This document shows, one piece after another, positions 26,364 through 38,866 of a stretch of DNA of 64,000 nt; position 1 is the first letter of the stretch; the number at the start of each line of letters is the position of its first letter. The notes beneath the pieces were generated by a model. It was not told the origin of the DNA, ran no database searches, and saw nothing but the letters and a program-made list of their open reading frames with translations. Origin of the DNA: Octopus sinensis. Taxonomy: Eukaryota. The stretch lies in assembly GCF_006345805.1 (NCBI RefSeq), contig NC_043009.1:72168001-72232000 (forward strand), given 5' to 3'. The translations under genes and the position numbers were made by a program.

Positions 26364-27449
26364 GTAAGTAGTAGGAAGCAAAATTTGATTTGATTCATAT
26401 ATCATAAGTATTGTTGTCTGGTTAAGCATCTTTAACTGGTTTTAACTTAAGTGGACCTTAGAGTAGGAACTAAAAAATTTCCTCAAAAATGTCTGTGCAA
26501 AGATTTAAATCTTAAAAATAACCTTGTCAATTCTGCATAGCCCAGATTCAACTCCGATAAAGCTTATCTATGCTATGCAAATAATCTTCCAAACTATCAT
26601 TATTTAATGTCCGTATTTCTTGCTAGCATGGGTTGGAAAGTTTGACTGGATCGAACAGGCCTGAGGACTGCATTACACTGCATTGTCTATATTGGCATGC
26701 TTTCTATGGTTAAATTTTCTTCCTAATGCTTACCATTTTACAGAGTGTACTGGGCCTTTTTTCATGTCACTGGCACATGTGAGGTCACCTCACAGCTTAC
26801 TAGACTTCGATCCTTAGGAGGGTGGTTTATGCTAGGAGATTAGAGGTTAAAGTATAAGGAAGGGGCCAGAACAGAAAAGGTTCCTTGTTGTAGAGGAGCT
26901 ATGTAGCTAGTGATACTATAAAAATGAGGGTGGAACCGAAATGAGATAAAAATAGTGGGTGGACCCTTGACGTAGGCAAGAAGCAACTGGAGAACAGAGT
27001 GTGGGTAAATGAATGTTCATTAATTATTTTAGGATGTTATTTATTTTATTGATCTTAGTTTGGGACTTTTGTCATCAAACCACTAAGTTACGATTTTGAC
27101 ATAACGAGATGTGACTCTACAATGTTTTACACCAATAAAAAATGAACTCAGATGCAGACATATACATAATGTTAATTGCACAGCAAGACGACCCCATAGA
27201 TCTTAACCATCACTGCATAAGGAAAATTCACAAATAAGTAAAGTTAGGGGAAGTCTAAATGCCTTGCAGTCTTCCCTTAAGTTTGAGTTCAAATTCTACT
27301 GAAGGTCAATAGAATAATTAGCAGTCAAGGAATGAGAGCAGCTAAATTGACTACACTCCTCCAGTTCAAATGTATACCCTTCTGTCAGTAATGCTAATTC
27401 TTATTTTATATTGCTGTTAAACCTATATTTTTTCCCTCTTTACCAACAG

Positions 27450-27637
27450 CAAAATATTTGTTTTGTTGATGATTCCTTTCTACCATGTCCGAAATCCATA
27501 TCCTGGTTACCCCAGTATCCTCATATAGTTGAATATGTACAATGGCTGCGACCATCTTCAATATCTTCACGAAGTTGGACTGTCTATGAAAATCCAAGAC
27601 CTGATGATATTGTCCAAGGAAAAGTTGGTGACTGCTG
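27450..27637 (+). CDS. CAPN15: SOL calpain exon 3 (CysPc start, catalytic Cys)
   Basis: FVDDSF...QWLRP...DIVQGKVGDC-W. Donor TG|gtaaac, phase 2. Confidence 0.93.
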
Positions 27638-29076
27638 GTAAACAAGAATTCTATTCTGTTCTTTCATTTAACCTTTTTATTGGATTGTGATGATTGGCAG
27701 TTTGCTATACTCAATAAAACCTATCTGTACCCAACCTATCCTCTCAATTCATACTCATAACACACATCTCTTTGTCAGTCTTCTAACTGTGGTACTATTT
27801 ACTCAGTGGCTGTAATTTTATGAGAGTAGAACTGTGCATATTTCATCCCTCTTTCGTGCTACCAGTCATCTTTCTTGGATTCACTTCTTCGTGTTACCCA
27901 TCCAGCATTTATAATATCATCTCTTACCACTTTATTTTCCAGTGAATACACCTTTGCCCTGAACAGCTTCTCTTATTTGCCATTGATCTCCCCCTGCCTC
28001 TCTTTGTCAATCTCTGTATCCATTCCTACATACCTTTTACCATCTCTTTGTCATATGCATCCCTATCTTTCTCCTCCTCACATACTTCACATCATTTTTC
28101 AGGTTTTTCATCTAACTACAGTTTTATTATGCTGCTCTCCACTCCATTCCTCTTTTTGTAATGGCCATTTATCACCCCCTCCTTGACCCACTCTTATTTC
28201 TTCCACTTCTCTCTCACCAAAACTGATATTCATCATTGACTATGCCTTCAACGCTGTTCACTATTTACTGCATTCACCTTTTAACCATGAATCACTCTCC
28301 TTTCACACTTGCATGAACCTACTTGCTCACCCTTCTCAATCCTGTGTCCCATTTTTCTCTTTATCTACCTTCTTCTTTGAGAGTATGTTCTGACACGTTA
28401 TCATCTGCATGTTTATCTCTTTTCAGCTGTGTAGCCATGTATCTTTCTCTGCAGCAAGTCGTTGCTGATGTTTCTCCATCATACTTTAGTCTCTCAACAC
28501 ATGGTGCAAACCATCTATATCTCCCTCTCTCTACTACTCCACCACTCATTTTGAGTGGGGGTTGTATTGTGAGGTACTTGATGATGCCACAGAAAAGCAC
28601 TCAGTCCAATTCTCATTCAGAAGGCTATTTAACCATAGAAACAATACTAAAGCAGACATTGGATGCTTGATGTATCCGCAGGCGGATCAGATCCTTTTAA
28701 AGTTGTAAAAAATTTATATTAGCGATAGAGGCAGTATTTTAATAGTGAAAAGTAATCTTTATCCCCAGTTAAATGTGGATGTTCTGTTAGAACAAACTAT
28801 ACTGCACTAGATACCACGAGAGAAACTTTCATATTGGCTTTTGGTGCAAAATGCACTCTTGTTTATATTGCGGGTGGAGAGATAAATCTTCCAGATTGAG
28901 ACCACCAGATCACATGATTTTGACCTTCTTTGGTTTTGTCAATGATGAATGCTTGACCGCTAGAGATAGCTGTCCAACCTATGCCAACATGGAAGATGGA
29001 CGTTAAATGATGATGTTGGATGTCCTCACATATATATATATACACACACACACACACAGATAGATATTTATACATA

Positions 29077-29485
29077 TACTCTCTCTTTACTCTCTCTTTT
29101 ACTTGTTTCAGTCTATTGACTGCGGCCATGCTGGAGCACCACCTTTAGTCGAGCAAATCGACCCCAGGATGTATTCTTTGTAAGCCCAGTACTTATTCTA
29201 TCGGTCTCTTTTGCCGAACCGCTAAGTGACGGGGACGTAAACACACCAGCATCGGTTGTCAAGCAATGCTAGGGGGACAAACACACATACATATACACAC
29301 ACACCTATATATATATACATATATACGACAGGCTTCTTTCAGTTTCCGTCTACCAAATCCACTCACAAGGCATTGGTCGGCCTGGGGCTATAGCAGAAGA
29401 CACTTGCCCAAGATGCCACGCAGTGGGACTGAACCCGGAACCATGTGATTGGTTAGCAAGCTACTTACCACATAGCCACTCTGCG

Positions 29486-29487
<2 letters not shown>
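29077..29487 (-). mobile_element. tRNA-derived SINE, near full length
   Basis: Minus-strand head GGCGCAGAGTGGCTATGTGGTAAG...GGTTCAGTCCC; family shared with other copies in the window. Confidence 0.85.
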
Positions 29488-29534
<47 letters not shown>

Positions 29535-29548
29535 CCACATAGATATTT

Positions 29549-29591
<43 letters not shown>

Positions 29592-29696
29592 CACACACAC
29601 CCACATAGATATTTATACATACATACATACATATATATATATACATACATATATACATACACACACACACATAGATATTTATACAAATATATATAT

Positions 29697-30928
29697 CATC
29701 ATCATCATCATCATCGTTTAGCGTCCGTTTTCCATGCTAGCATGGGTTGGACGGGTCAACTGGGGTCTGTGAAGCTGGAAGGCTTCATCAGGCCCAGTCA
29801 GATCTGGCAGTGTTTCTACGGCTGGATGCCCTTCCTAACGCCAACCACTCCGCGAGTGTAGTGGGTGTTTTTTACGTGCCACCTGCACAGGTGCCAGACA
29901 GAGCTGGCGAACGGCCACGAACGGATGGTGCTTTTACGTGTCACCGGCACGGGGTCAGGCGATGCTGGCAACGGACACGAACGGATGGTGCTTTTACGTG
30001 CCACCGACACGGGGCCAGACAGAGCTGGCAACCGGCCACGAACGGACGGTGCTTTTACGTGTCACCGGCACGGGGGCCAGCCGAGGCTGGCAACGGACGT
30101 GAACGGATGGTGCTTTTACGTGCCACCGACACGGTTGCCAGACAGAGCTGGCAAACGGCCACGAGCGGACAGTGCTTTTACGTGTCACCGGCACGGGGGC
30201 CAGCCGAGGCTGGCAACGGACATGGACGGATGGTGCTTTTACGTGCCACCGACACGGGGCCAGACAGAGCTGGCAAACGGCCACGAACGGATGGTGCTTT
30301 TACGTGTTACCGGCACGGGGGCCAGCCGAGGCTGGCAACGGACGTGAACGGATGGTGCTTTTACGTGCCACCGACACGGTTGCCAGACAGAGCTGGCAAA
30401 CGGCCACGAGCGGACGGTGCTTTTACGTGTCACCGGCACGGGGGCCAGCCGAGGCTGGCAACGGACACGGACGGATGGTGCTTTTACGTGTCACCGACAC
30501 GGGGCCAGACAGAGCTGGCAAACGGCCACGAACGGATGGTGCTTTTACGTGCCACCGACACGGGGCCAGACAGAGCTGGCCAACGGCCACGAACGGACGG
30601 TGCTTTTACGTGTCACCGGCACGGGGCCAGGCGAGGCTGGCAACGAACACGAACGGATGGTGCTTTTACGTGCCACCGACACGGGCCAGGCAGAGCTGGC
30701 AAACGGCCATGAGCGAATGGTGCTTTTACGTATCACCGGCACGGGTGCCAGACGAGGCTGACAGCAGACACGAACAGATGGGTCACTTAACCCCTGCTTT
30801 CTGATATATGATTTGATTTTGATTGTTCTCACTGGTCTTGCCGGGTCTTCTCACGCACAGCATACTTCCATAGGTCTCGGTCTCTGGTCATTTCCTTGGT
30901 GAGACCTAGAGTTCGAAGGTCGTGCTTC
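29697..30928 (-). mobile_element. Young RTE 3' end with an expanded UTR minisatellite
   Basis: (CAT)n tail, near-identical to the 2330-2990 copy, and CpG-rich. Confidence 0.9.
29864..30782. repeat. ~15 x ~61-bp GC-rich minisatellite with alternating A/B units
   Basis: GGTGCTTTTACGTG recurs every 60-62 bp. Confidence 0.95.
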
Positions 30929-30931
30929 GAA

Positions 30932-30974
<43 letters not shown>

Positions 30975-30999
30975 CACACACACCCACATAGATATTTAT

Positions 31000-31047
<48 letters not shown>

Positions 31048-31891
31048 CTTGGCAGCATAATGCCAAAATTGATAGTGTCAAAGAAAATATCATGTCTCAT
31101 GTATTTTGGTTTTTTACACTCTGAATTCAAATCCAGAGTCAATTTTATAAACTACCTGTCTAGATAAGGAGATTAAATGATAAATGCTTTTTATTTTTAA
31201 ATACTCAAGCAGGTAAAAATGTGTAGTGAGTGACATGACAGTGACTTAATAAAAAAAGAAGAAAAAAAAAGGCCAGAGTAAAGTAATTTGTGTTCTCCCA
31301 CAAAAATTCTAGGACATTGTTCAAAGAAGTTATTGCCAAAATAACTTTAATTACCTGGACTGATTAACCTTATGTGCAAGAAAAATTTAGAAATGTGCAA
31401 ATCAACAAAGTAGCAGATGAAATGTCAGTTTCTAGTTTTAGTTTTTACTTGCTGTTCAAATTCCACTGATGTCAACTTTGCTTTTCATCCTTCCAAGTGC
31501 TAGTTCAGGAAAGTGGGCTAGTGAACATGTTAGAGCATCAATGCCTTTCTGAATTTGTTCTGGTTCTTTTAGTTCTGAGTTCAAATCCCAGTGTGGTCTA
31601 CTTGAGTGGTAAACTTAATCCGTTGCCTAGCTTAACACCACCATTTGATTCTTGGATGCTTTTAGTGGAGTCAAATCTATTGCAAGCAATCTGGCCAGAT
31701 CTCTAGTTTCCACCCACCAGACCTTGAATCCTTGTAAAGAATCATAAGCACCACCCTTGACCAAACTATAAAGAGATAAAGATTGTTTGTTACCTTGATG
31801 ATGCAAGAAAGGGAAGTACTTTTGTTTCACAATTATTCTTTTGTAACATTGCTGTCAATGCTCTTTTTTTTGTTGCATGTTGTTTTTTAAG

Positions 31892-32072
31892 GTTGATGTC
31901 AGCTTTGGCAGTTATTGCTGAACGCAGAGAATTAATTGAAAATCTGATTCCTAGTAAATATAGTAAATATGGTGTATATCATGTTCGTCTCTATCGTGAT
32001 GGTCAGTGGAAGATGGTTATAGTTGACGATTTACTTCCTTGTGACAGAAATGGGAAACTTGTCTTTTCTAAG
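31892..32072 (+). CDS. CAPN15: SOL calpain exon 4
   Basis: (W)LMSALAVIAER...GVYHVRLYRDGQWKMVIVDDLLPC. Donor AAG|gtaggt, phase 0. Confidence 0.93.
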
Positions 32073-33879
32073 GTAGGTTTCTGGGTTGGTGGGTCTTTTT
32101 TCTTATATTTTGTTACAAATCTGTTTCTGTTGCTTTTAAGATTGTCTAGGACTTCATTGTGTAATATGCATCTTTTTTAAAAGCATGGCAGGGTATAATT
32201 TGAGACATAGTTGCTGTTTCCAGCAGATTGAGTAACCATGTAGGGATACCCTTATTGGCTTAACGTTTTTTGGTGGCTCTACTGATGCTTGTTGTTGTAC
32301 AACTCCAAGTCAGCCCTAACTGACCAGATCTGTAATCAAAAGTGTTCCAGCTGTAACTAACTGGTCTTCCGCCAGATACATTGCTTATGTTGAACAACAT
32401 TTTTCAAATGTGTCCATCTATTTTTAGGATAGTAGATTCTTAAAAGACAGGGTTCACCACTGTTTATAGAAAATTGAAAACTAATCACCTGGAAGTTCAG
32501 ATGTTAGTTTCTGTTGATTCTACTAATGTATTGAATTTTTTTCTCTACCTTCAATTCAGTCCTGAAGCTATGTCCAGAAATATCAGTATTACAAGAATAG
32601 CAATCTTGCGTATAGTTTGGTAGTTGTTTCCAGACCATTGCTTCACCAAAGCTCATGCACTTTCTTTTACTTCGTTCATTGCCTCAGATTTACAAGGCAA
32701 GTTTGGCAGACTAGACAAAAGGGTTTGTCTTAGTTCCTCAATTTCATTTTAAAATAATTGAAATATATTCTAACAAAATCTGTGACAAAATGTTGCTTTG
32801 CTGATGCAAAAGATCCATATGTATAAGGAAAATTATTCACTTTCTACATTAGTACTAACCAGATTGGAATTCAAGTTAGTAAAGACAAATAATCTGGAAA
32901 TATAGTATAAAACTTAGTTTCCATTGAGCTTGAGAACCTGAAGATACAACCAGTTAATGCTGAAATAGGGAAGCACATGCTTACTAGCATCACTATTGTA
33001 TTTAAACCATCTTGGGAAAACTAAGATACATTTCAGACTGTTCTCCTATAATCTTTCATAATTTACAAGGTATTATTTATAAGAAGTTAATCTTACAACC
33101 TTTCTCAGTTAATAACTGTTAGTTGATACTTTCTTTACCATAAGTACCTATATTATATACTTTCTCTGTTTTAGAAAGTTAATCCGGAAAATGTTTCTTT
33201 GCACTGTACTCTGTTTTATTATAGTGTAGGTAGCTATCTTTATTATTATCATTAGTAGTTTTGCTCTTATTATTTCTCTATATAATATAGCAATTAAATG
33301 GTTGTAGAATTTAAGCTTTCTTGGGAATTAACTTGACTTTCCCCTTTAAAAAAGTTTTATTGATAATCTTCCTATTTTAAATGAATAGAATTAATACATC
33401 AATAATTCTCCTGTGGTTCTTAGTGGCAAGTTAGAAAAATATGTCTGGAATCAGCTTCTCTTAAAATAACCCAACACTTGCTTCACTTTCAAAACAGCAA
33501 AGTCATTGCAGACCAGTGATGTACTTGTCAAAAACTTTAAACTGGGCACAGACATCTTATAAGTATTGTTATTTTGCAGATGTGATTAAGATGTTAACCA
33601 AACTATCAACAAAATTAAAGAATACTTTTTACTGCGCAGTATCTTGGTTGTGTGGTTTAGAAGTTTACTTTGCATCTAGTTTCCAGATTCAATCTTACTG
33701 CCCAGCACATCTGCAAAGAGTCTTTTACCGTAGTGCTAGGATGATCCAAACTTTGTGAATAAGATTGTGTGAAAAGCCATCACATGTACTGTACACATTG
33801 TTGGATGGTGAGCTTAATCCATTATCTCTATTAACATTATTAATTGGACCTCAGCAGCCTTTTAATAGAGGCTACTATG

Positions 33880-34330
33880 TTGCAAATATTCAGACCAGGT
33901 CTCTTGACTGAGAATATCATTCTTTTCTTCCAAAAGTCTGTTGCTTACAAAGCTTACATTCTTGGATTGTGTATTTGTAGTTTACATTGAGTAGTATATG
34001 GAGTTTATGCCTACTCTTTTCTTCAGATTAAACAAGGCCTTCTCCCTGAAGCTACCAGAGTCCTGTCTTCTTTTATACTTAGTAAAACTTCTGTTTGCAA
34101 TGTTTTCCTTGAAGCCTCTTGATTCTAGATTTTGCTTCCATGTCAGGAATTTCCTCTCTGATTCCCCTGTAGATTCAGCTATGAAAATTAGGTCACCAGC
34201 TTATAGGAGTTCCTATGGAAAACCAGTTTTAAGCTCTTTGGTGATGGCCTATATGACAATGGTGAATAGAATAGTACTAAGGACTAAACTTCAATGAATT
34301 CCTACCTTCACATGAAATTAGCCTGAAAAT
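33880..34330 (-). mobile_element. Highly degenerate RTE RT fragment
   Basis: Diverged reverse complement of the ELLYADDL region (attaggtcaccagcttataggagttcc). Confidence 0.6.
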
Positions 34331-37251
34331 TTAATCATCTACCTAAATTTCTTCACTTTCTGTCACTTTTTCCCATATATTTGTAAGTTTTTGAAGTCAT
34401 GATATGCAAAATTCCTTGGGTTTTGAATTAAAATGTATACTTAATTTACTTTTTGTGTCTCCTCCCTGTTAGCCATTTATTTCTCTTGTAATTTGTTTTG
34501 CAAAGATCTCAGTAGAAAGCCTGATAAAGCAATGTCTAGAAAATATGGAAGGTATATTGGTTTTTACCCCTATCTAAACAATTGCAGAATATATTTAGTG
34601 ATGTGTGTGGTGTAAGTTTGAGTGTTATCTTGATGAAAGTGAACACCCCAGTGTTTTATTCAGGCAGAAGATCTGTAAAAAGCTGTCTTCAAATAATGAA
34701 ATTACTGAATAACTTCAGAAGTGATTATTTGATTTGGTCCTAAAAGCTCAAAATGAATACTTTAAATCTAGTTAAAATGTGGAGATTGGAGGTTATGTAT
34801 ATTGAGCACTTTACAGAAGTCAATAATTTGCTGATGGTTTGCTACAGAAAGAGCATGAGGAACCCATTTACTCCACTTTGAAACTTATCCTAGCTTCAAA
34901 TGATTAAGTATGTTCATAATGCTAAGATTGAAATTACTGGAAAGCTCTCTTACTGTAACAGTAGGATGCCTTGCAAGTGTTTCCTATGGTATTTTGTAAT
35001 CCAGTTTGGAAGGATATGCTGATCTAATTGAAATTACCATATCATTAATTCCTTTCTACAATAGTAAATAAGAGATAAAAATATAGATGTCGTATTTTGT
35101 ATTGAGTACGAAAATGTGGCATAGTGTTGAATGATGTTGATAGATGGATACTATCTTTACCTAATATAAAACTTGTCTTAATTGTTGGACAGCCGTGATT
35201 AACAGATTAGATGGCAAGCAGAATAAAGTTTGAATAAAAGCCGCCTTTGAACTGGTTTATGACACTATGTCTGAATTCTTCACATCACATTCTGCAAGTC
35301 TTCTTATTCACAGCATCTTAACCAGAAGCCTTTTGAATATTTTTCACTGGTTTGTTTATGCTTGGACCTTAATGATTCATAAAGGACAAGATGTTAAATA
35401 TTCTCTTTACTTGATTCTACATTAAGTTTTTCATATAGAAAATTTGCACTAAATATATTTGTTTTTAAATGAGAATTCTTCATGAAATGGTTAAATGTTT
35501 ACATACCATTGAGTGTCACTAATATTTATATCATGACCATCCCCCCATAACCCCCCACCCCCCACCCCACCCAAAAGAAGACATGTAACAAATTTAACAA
35601 GTTCATACTTGTAATTAGACAGAGTTCTCTTATACAACCTAATACCTTTAGTTCTATGTTGCAAAGTGGAAAAACAAAAAAAAAAAAAAGATAAATTTGT
35701 GATTGCCATAGATGTAAGTTGTTTTGCAAAAAAGTTTTTGTGTTTTATTTAAATTGATATGCTAGAATTTTGTTTGAGTTAAATCTAGATTCAGATTAGC
35801 CATACCATTACTCTAGTGTTTGTATTAAAATATTATTTCCAATGATTTAATGTCTCAATTCTGAAGTATTTTGACTCAGTCTTAATCAAAAGTAGTTTTT
35901 TTCCCTTATAATTACTCTTGACATTGTTTTTGTTGATTGGTTATGCTGGTGGTTTGTATTGTAGTAGTGACAAGCAAATTTAAGATCTATGACATTACAT
36001 AAAGCTGTGTTCATCCTATCAATTTTGCTAGGTACAGTGCACTGAGAAACACATTAACTAATATGTTTTTCTAAGATGTGAGCCTGTGATTTGAAGGAAT
36101 TTGGCTGCTATTTCTAGCAGGCTGAACAACCAAGTAAAGGCTCTCTCATTGGATTGTCTTGGTGTTACTGATACTGCTAGTTATACTAATGAAGAAGACA
36201 GCAGTGGTTGTCATATCGGTGCTGATGGTAATGATGCTGCTGAAAATCAGTAATGTCGATGGAAGTGCTCCTGCTACTTTACCAAAGCTATAGATGAGAC
36301 CTATAAATCTTTTGTTTATTGAAGTACAATGTGAGTGTTAAACTAGATATAATATATTTGGAGGTATATTAGCTTGATAAAGCCCATCTTACTCTGAGTT
36401 ATGCTTACTGGAAATTTCATAAAATAGCTGCATCACTCATGTCATGAAAGCACTGTATTCTTGAAAATCTTGCCATAATGTACAGTTCCATAATACAGAA
36501 TAGATTTTCCCATTAACTTCCATGTTTCATGGAAATCAATGGCAAATAGGATTCATGTTATGGAACTCCATGACAAGATTTTCTGGAATGTGATGTGATG
36601 TTGGTTATTTTACCCTGAAGAGTAAAAAATTCACCATTTCAGGCTTTTGTCTTTCTTTAGGGATCATACAATCAGCATACATATATTATTTTGTCTTTTC
36701 AAAGAACAAATACCTGAAATATTAGCCTTTCCACCCATTATTATGGTCGGCTAACAATTGTACTTTATGTTTATCTACAAACTGTTTTTGAATAAATTTT
36801 TGATGACTTAGTTCACCATTAGATTCTTTGGATTTAGGATTTTACTAGAGGAACTGAACTCTACACTGCTAGCTAATGAAAGACAATTGTTACAATATTG
36901 CAGCTTTTTGTAGTAGTCAGATACTCTTATCCTTTGGTACCACTGTACATCTGTATTGACTTGGCGATCTAAGAATTGTCTTGGTCATAGCTATAACACC
37001 ATGCCAGTTATAGATTATAAATCCTTGATCCCTAAGCTACATATAGGAGTCAGTCATTTTTTAAATCTAATCCTTCTGCCTCAAGTCTGCTTTTTCCATA
37101 GATCTTGATTCCTACCCACATTTTCTCTATAAAAATTATGGTCATTGTAATTTGTTTTGGTTAATGAATAAAAATGTTACAATCATCTATGAAAATGATA
37201 AACAGTCCAAAAACCAAAATTTCTATTTCTATATTGATTCTTTAATTACAG

Positions 37252-37399
37252 GCTGATCGAAATCAGCTGTGGGTGCCATTGATTGAAAAAGCCATGGCTA
37301 AATTATGTGGTTGTTATGAAGCTTTGGCAGGTGGCACCTGCCATGAAGCCTTACAGTCTCTCACTGGAGCTCCTTGTCTAAAGATCGACTTAGAATCTG
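37252..37399 (+). CDS. CAPN15: SOL calpain exon 5 (absent from the ORF track)
   Basis: ADRNQLWVPLIEKAMAKLCGCYEALAGG...LTGAPC. Acceptor ttacag, donor G|gttagt, phase 1. Confidence 0.93.
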
Positions 37400-38159
37400 G
37401 TTAGTTTCTTTAAATGTTCTTTTCTCTTTTAAACACAGTTACCAATGCAAGATGAATTATAGATTTACGTACATTTGTAACTTAATTGTTCTTGTATGTT
37501 TATCATTTATTGATCATCTATATTTGTCCATTTATCTTATGTTCAAATTCGCTACCAGCATAGGTCAAGATGAATGTATTATTGGGATATTGTTTTACAA
37601 CTGGATGATTTTCTGTTACAAACCCTTACATGTTTCTCAAGAAAAAGATTTTATTCCATGTCTTTAGAGGCATAAAACCAGTGGATGATTTACTGAAAGT
37701 GAAAATGACATTTATTATCAATGCTTGTAGCTGTGAGGGATTTTCAGAGAAATGCAAATGTAAAGATACACACACACACGATGAGCTTCTTTAGTTTCCA
37801 TCTACCAAATCTACTCACAAGGCTTTGGTCAGTCCAAAGCTACAATAAAAGATACTTTCTGTAGGTGCCAAGCAGTAGACTGAACCTGATACCATCTAGT
37901 TAGGAAGTGAACTTCTTAACTACATCTCTATGCCTACATCTATATATTTATGTATATTTATAATTTATCCATCATTTGTAGAGCTTCATGTTATACACTA
38001 CTGAATTATAAAAACATTACTTCAAAATGATATGAAAGATGTCTTTCAAATGAAATACCTTCACTGATTCTTTGACGTATCATGTATGATCACGTTTACC
38101 AGTTAACCAACTATTTCTGAATTAAAAACAGTGATGTTTAGGCCTTACCAAGGAAATGA

Positions 38160-38502
38160 CTTTAGGGACTCACCAAGGAAATGACTAGCGACCGAGACTT
38201 TTGGAAATATGCTATGCTTGAGAAGACCTGGCAAGCCAAATGCGACCATAACCTGTGACCTATGCCTGGAGCGTAACCAGCCCACTTATGTGTACCTTTT
38301 CCTTCTTTGGTCACTAAATTTTGCTTGCGAAGATCTGTTGAGGCAAGTGAAATCGAAATCAAAATCAAATTTGATGGCTGGCATCCATGCTAGCAGGGTG
38401 CAAAGAGCACCATACGAGTGTGATTGTTGACAGAGCAACAAACTGGTTTCCATGCCAGTGGCACGTAAAAAGCACCATTCGAGTGTGATCGTTACCAGCG
38501 TC
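38160..38502 (+). mobile_element. RTE 3' fragment
   Basis: Matches the RDLWKYA region and the 3' UTR, including gcacgtaaaaagcacc. Confidence 0.8.
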
Positions 38503-38825
38503 GCACATACACACATACACACATACATACATACACACACACATGCATTCACACATACATTCACACACACACATACATATACACACATACTTACACATAC
38601 TTACACACACACACACATACATACATACTTACATATATATGACGTGCTTGGAGGTAGTGGTGATGCTGGCTGTTATGATTTTGTGGTTTGCTGGTATGCT
38701 GAGAGAGATCCAGCGCACAACCATATGCATACAAACGTACACAGACATGCACAAACATACACAAACACATACCTAAAGAGAGAGGCAGACAGACAGACAG
38801 ACAGATAGTCCACAACAAAGTTTTC

Positions 38826-38864
<39 letters not shown>

Positions 38865-38866
<2 letters not shown>

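Noticed and set aside
25868-26398. 176-aa minus-strand ORF
   Set aside because: Antisense shadow of the zinc-finger exon.
29864-30782. CRISPR-like periodic array
   Set aside because: The 'spacers' alternate between two near-identical types, the unit is part of the RTE 3' UTR, the context is eukaryotic, and there are no cas genes.
29747-30804. 321-aa and 210-aa repetitive ORFs
   Set aside because: By-products of a GC-rich tandem repeat, antisense to the RTE.
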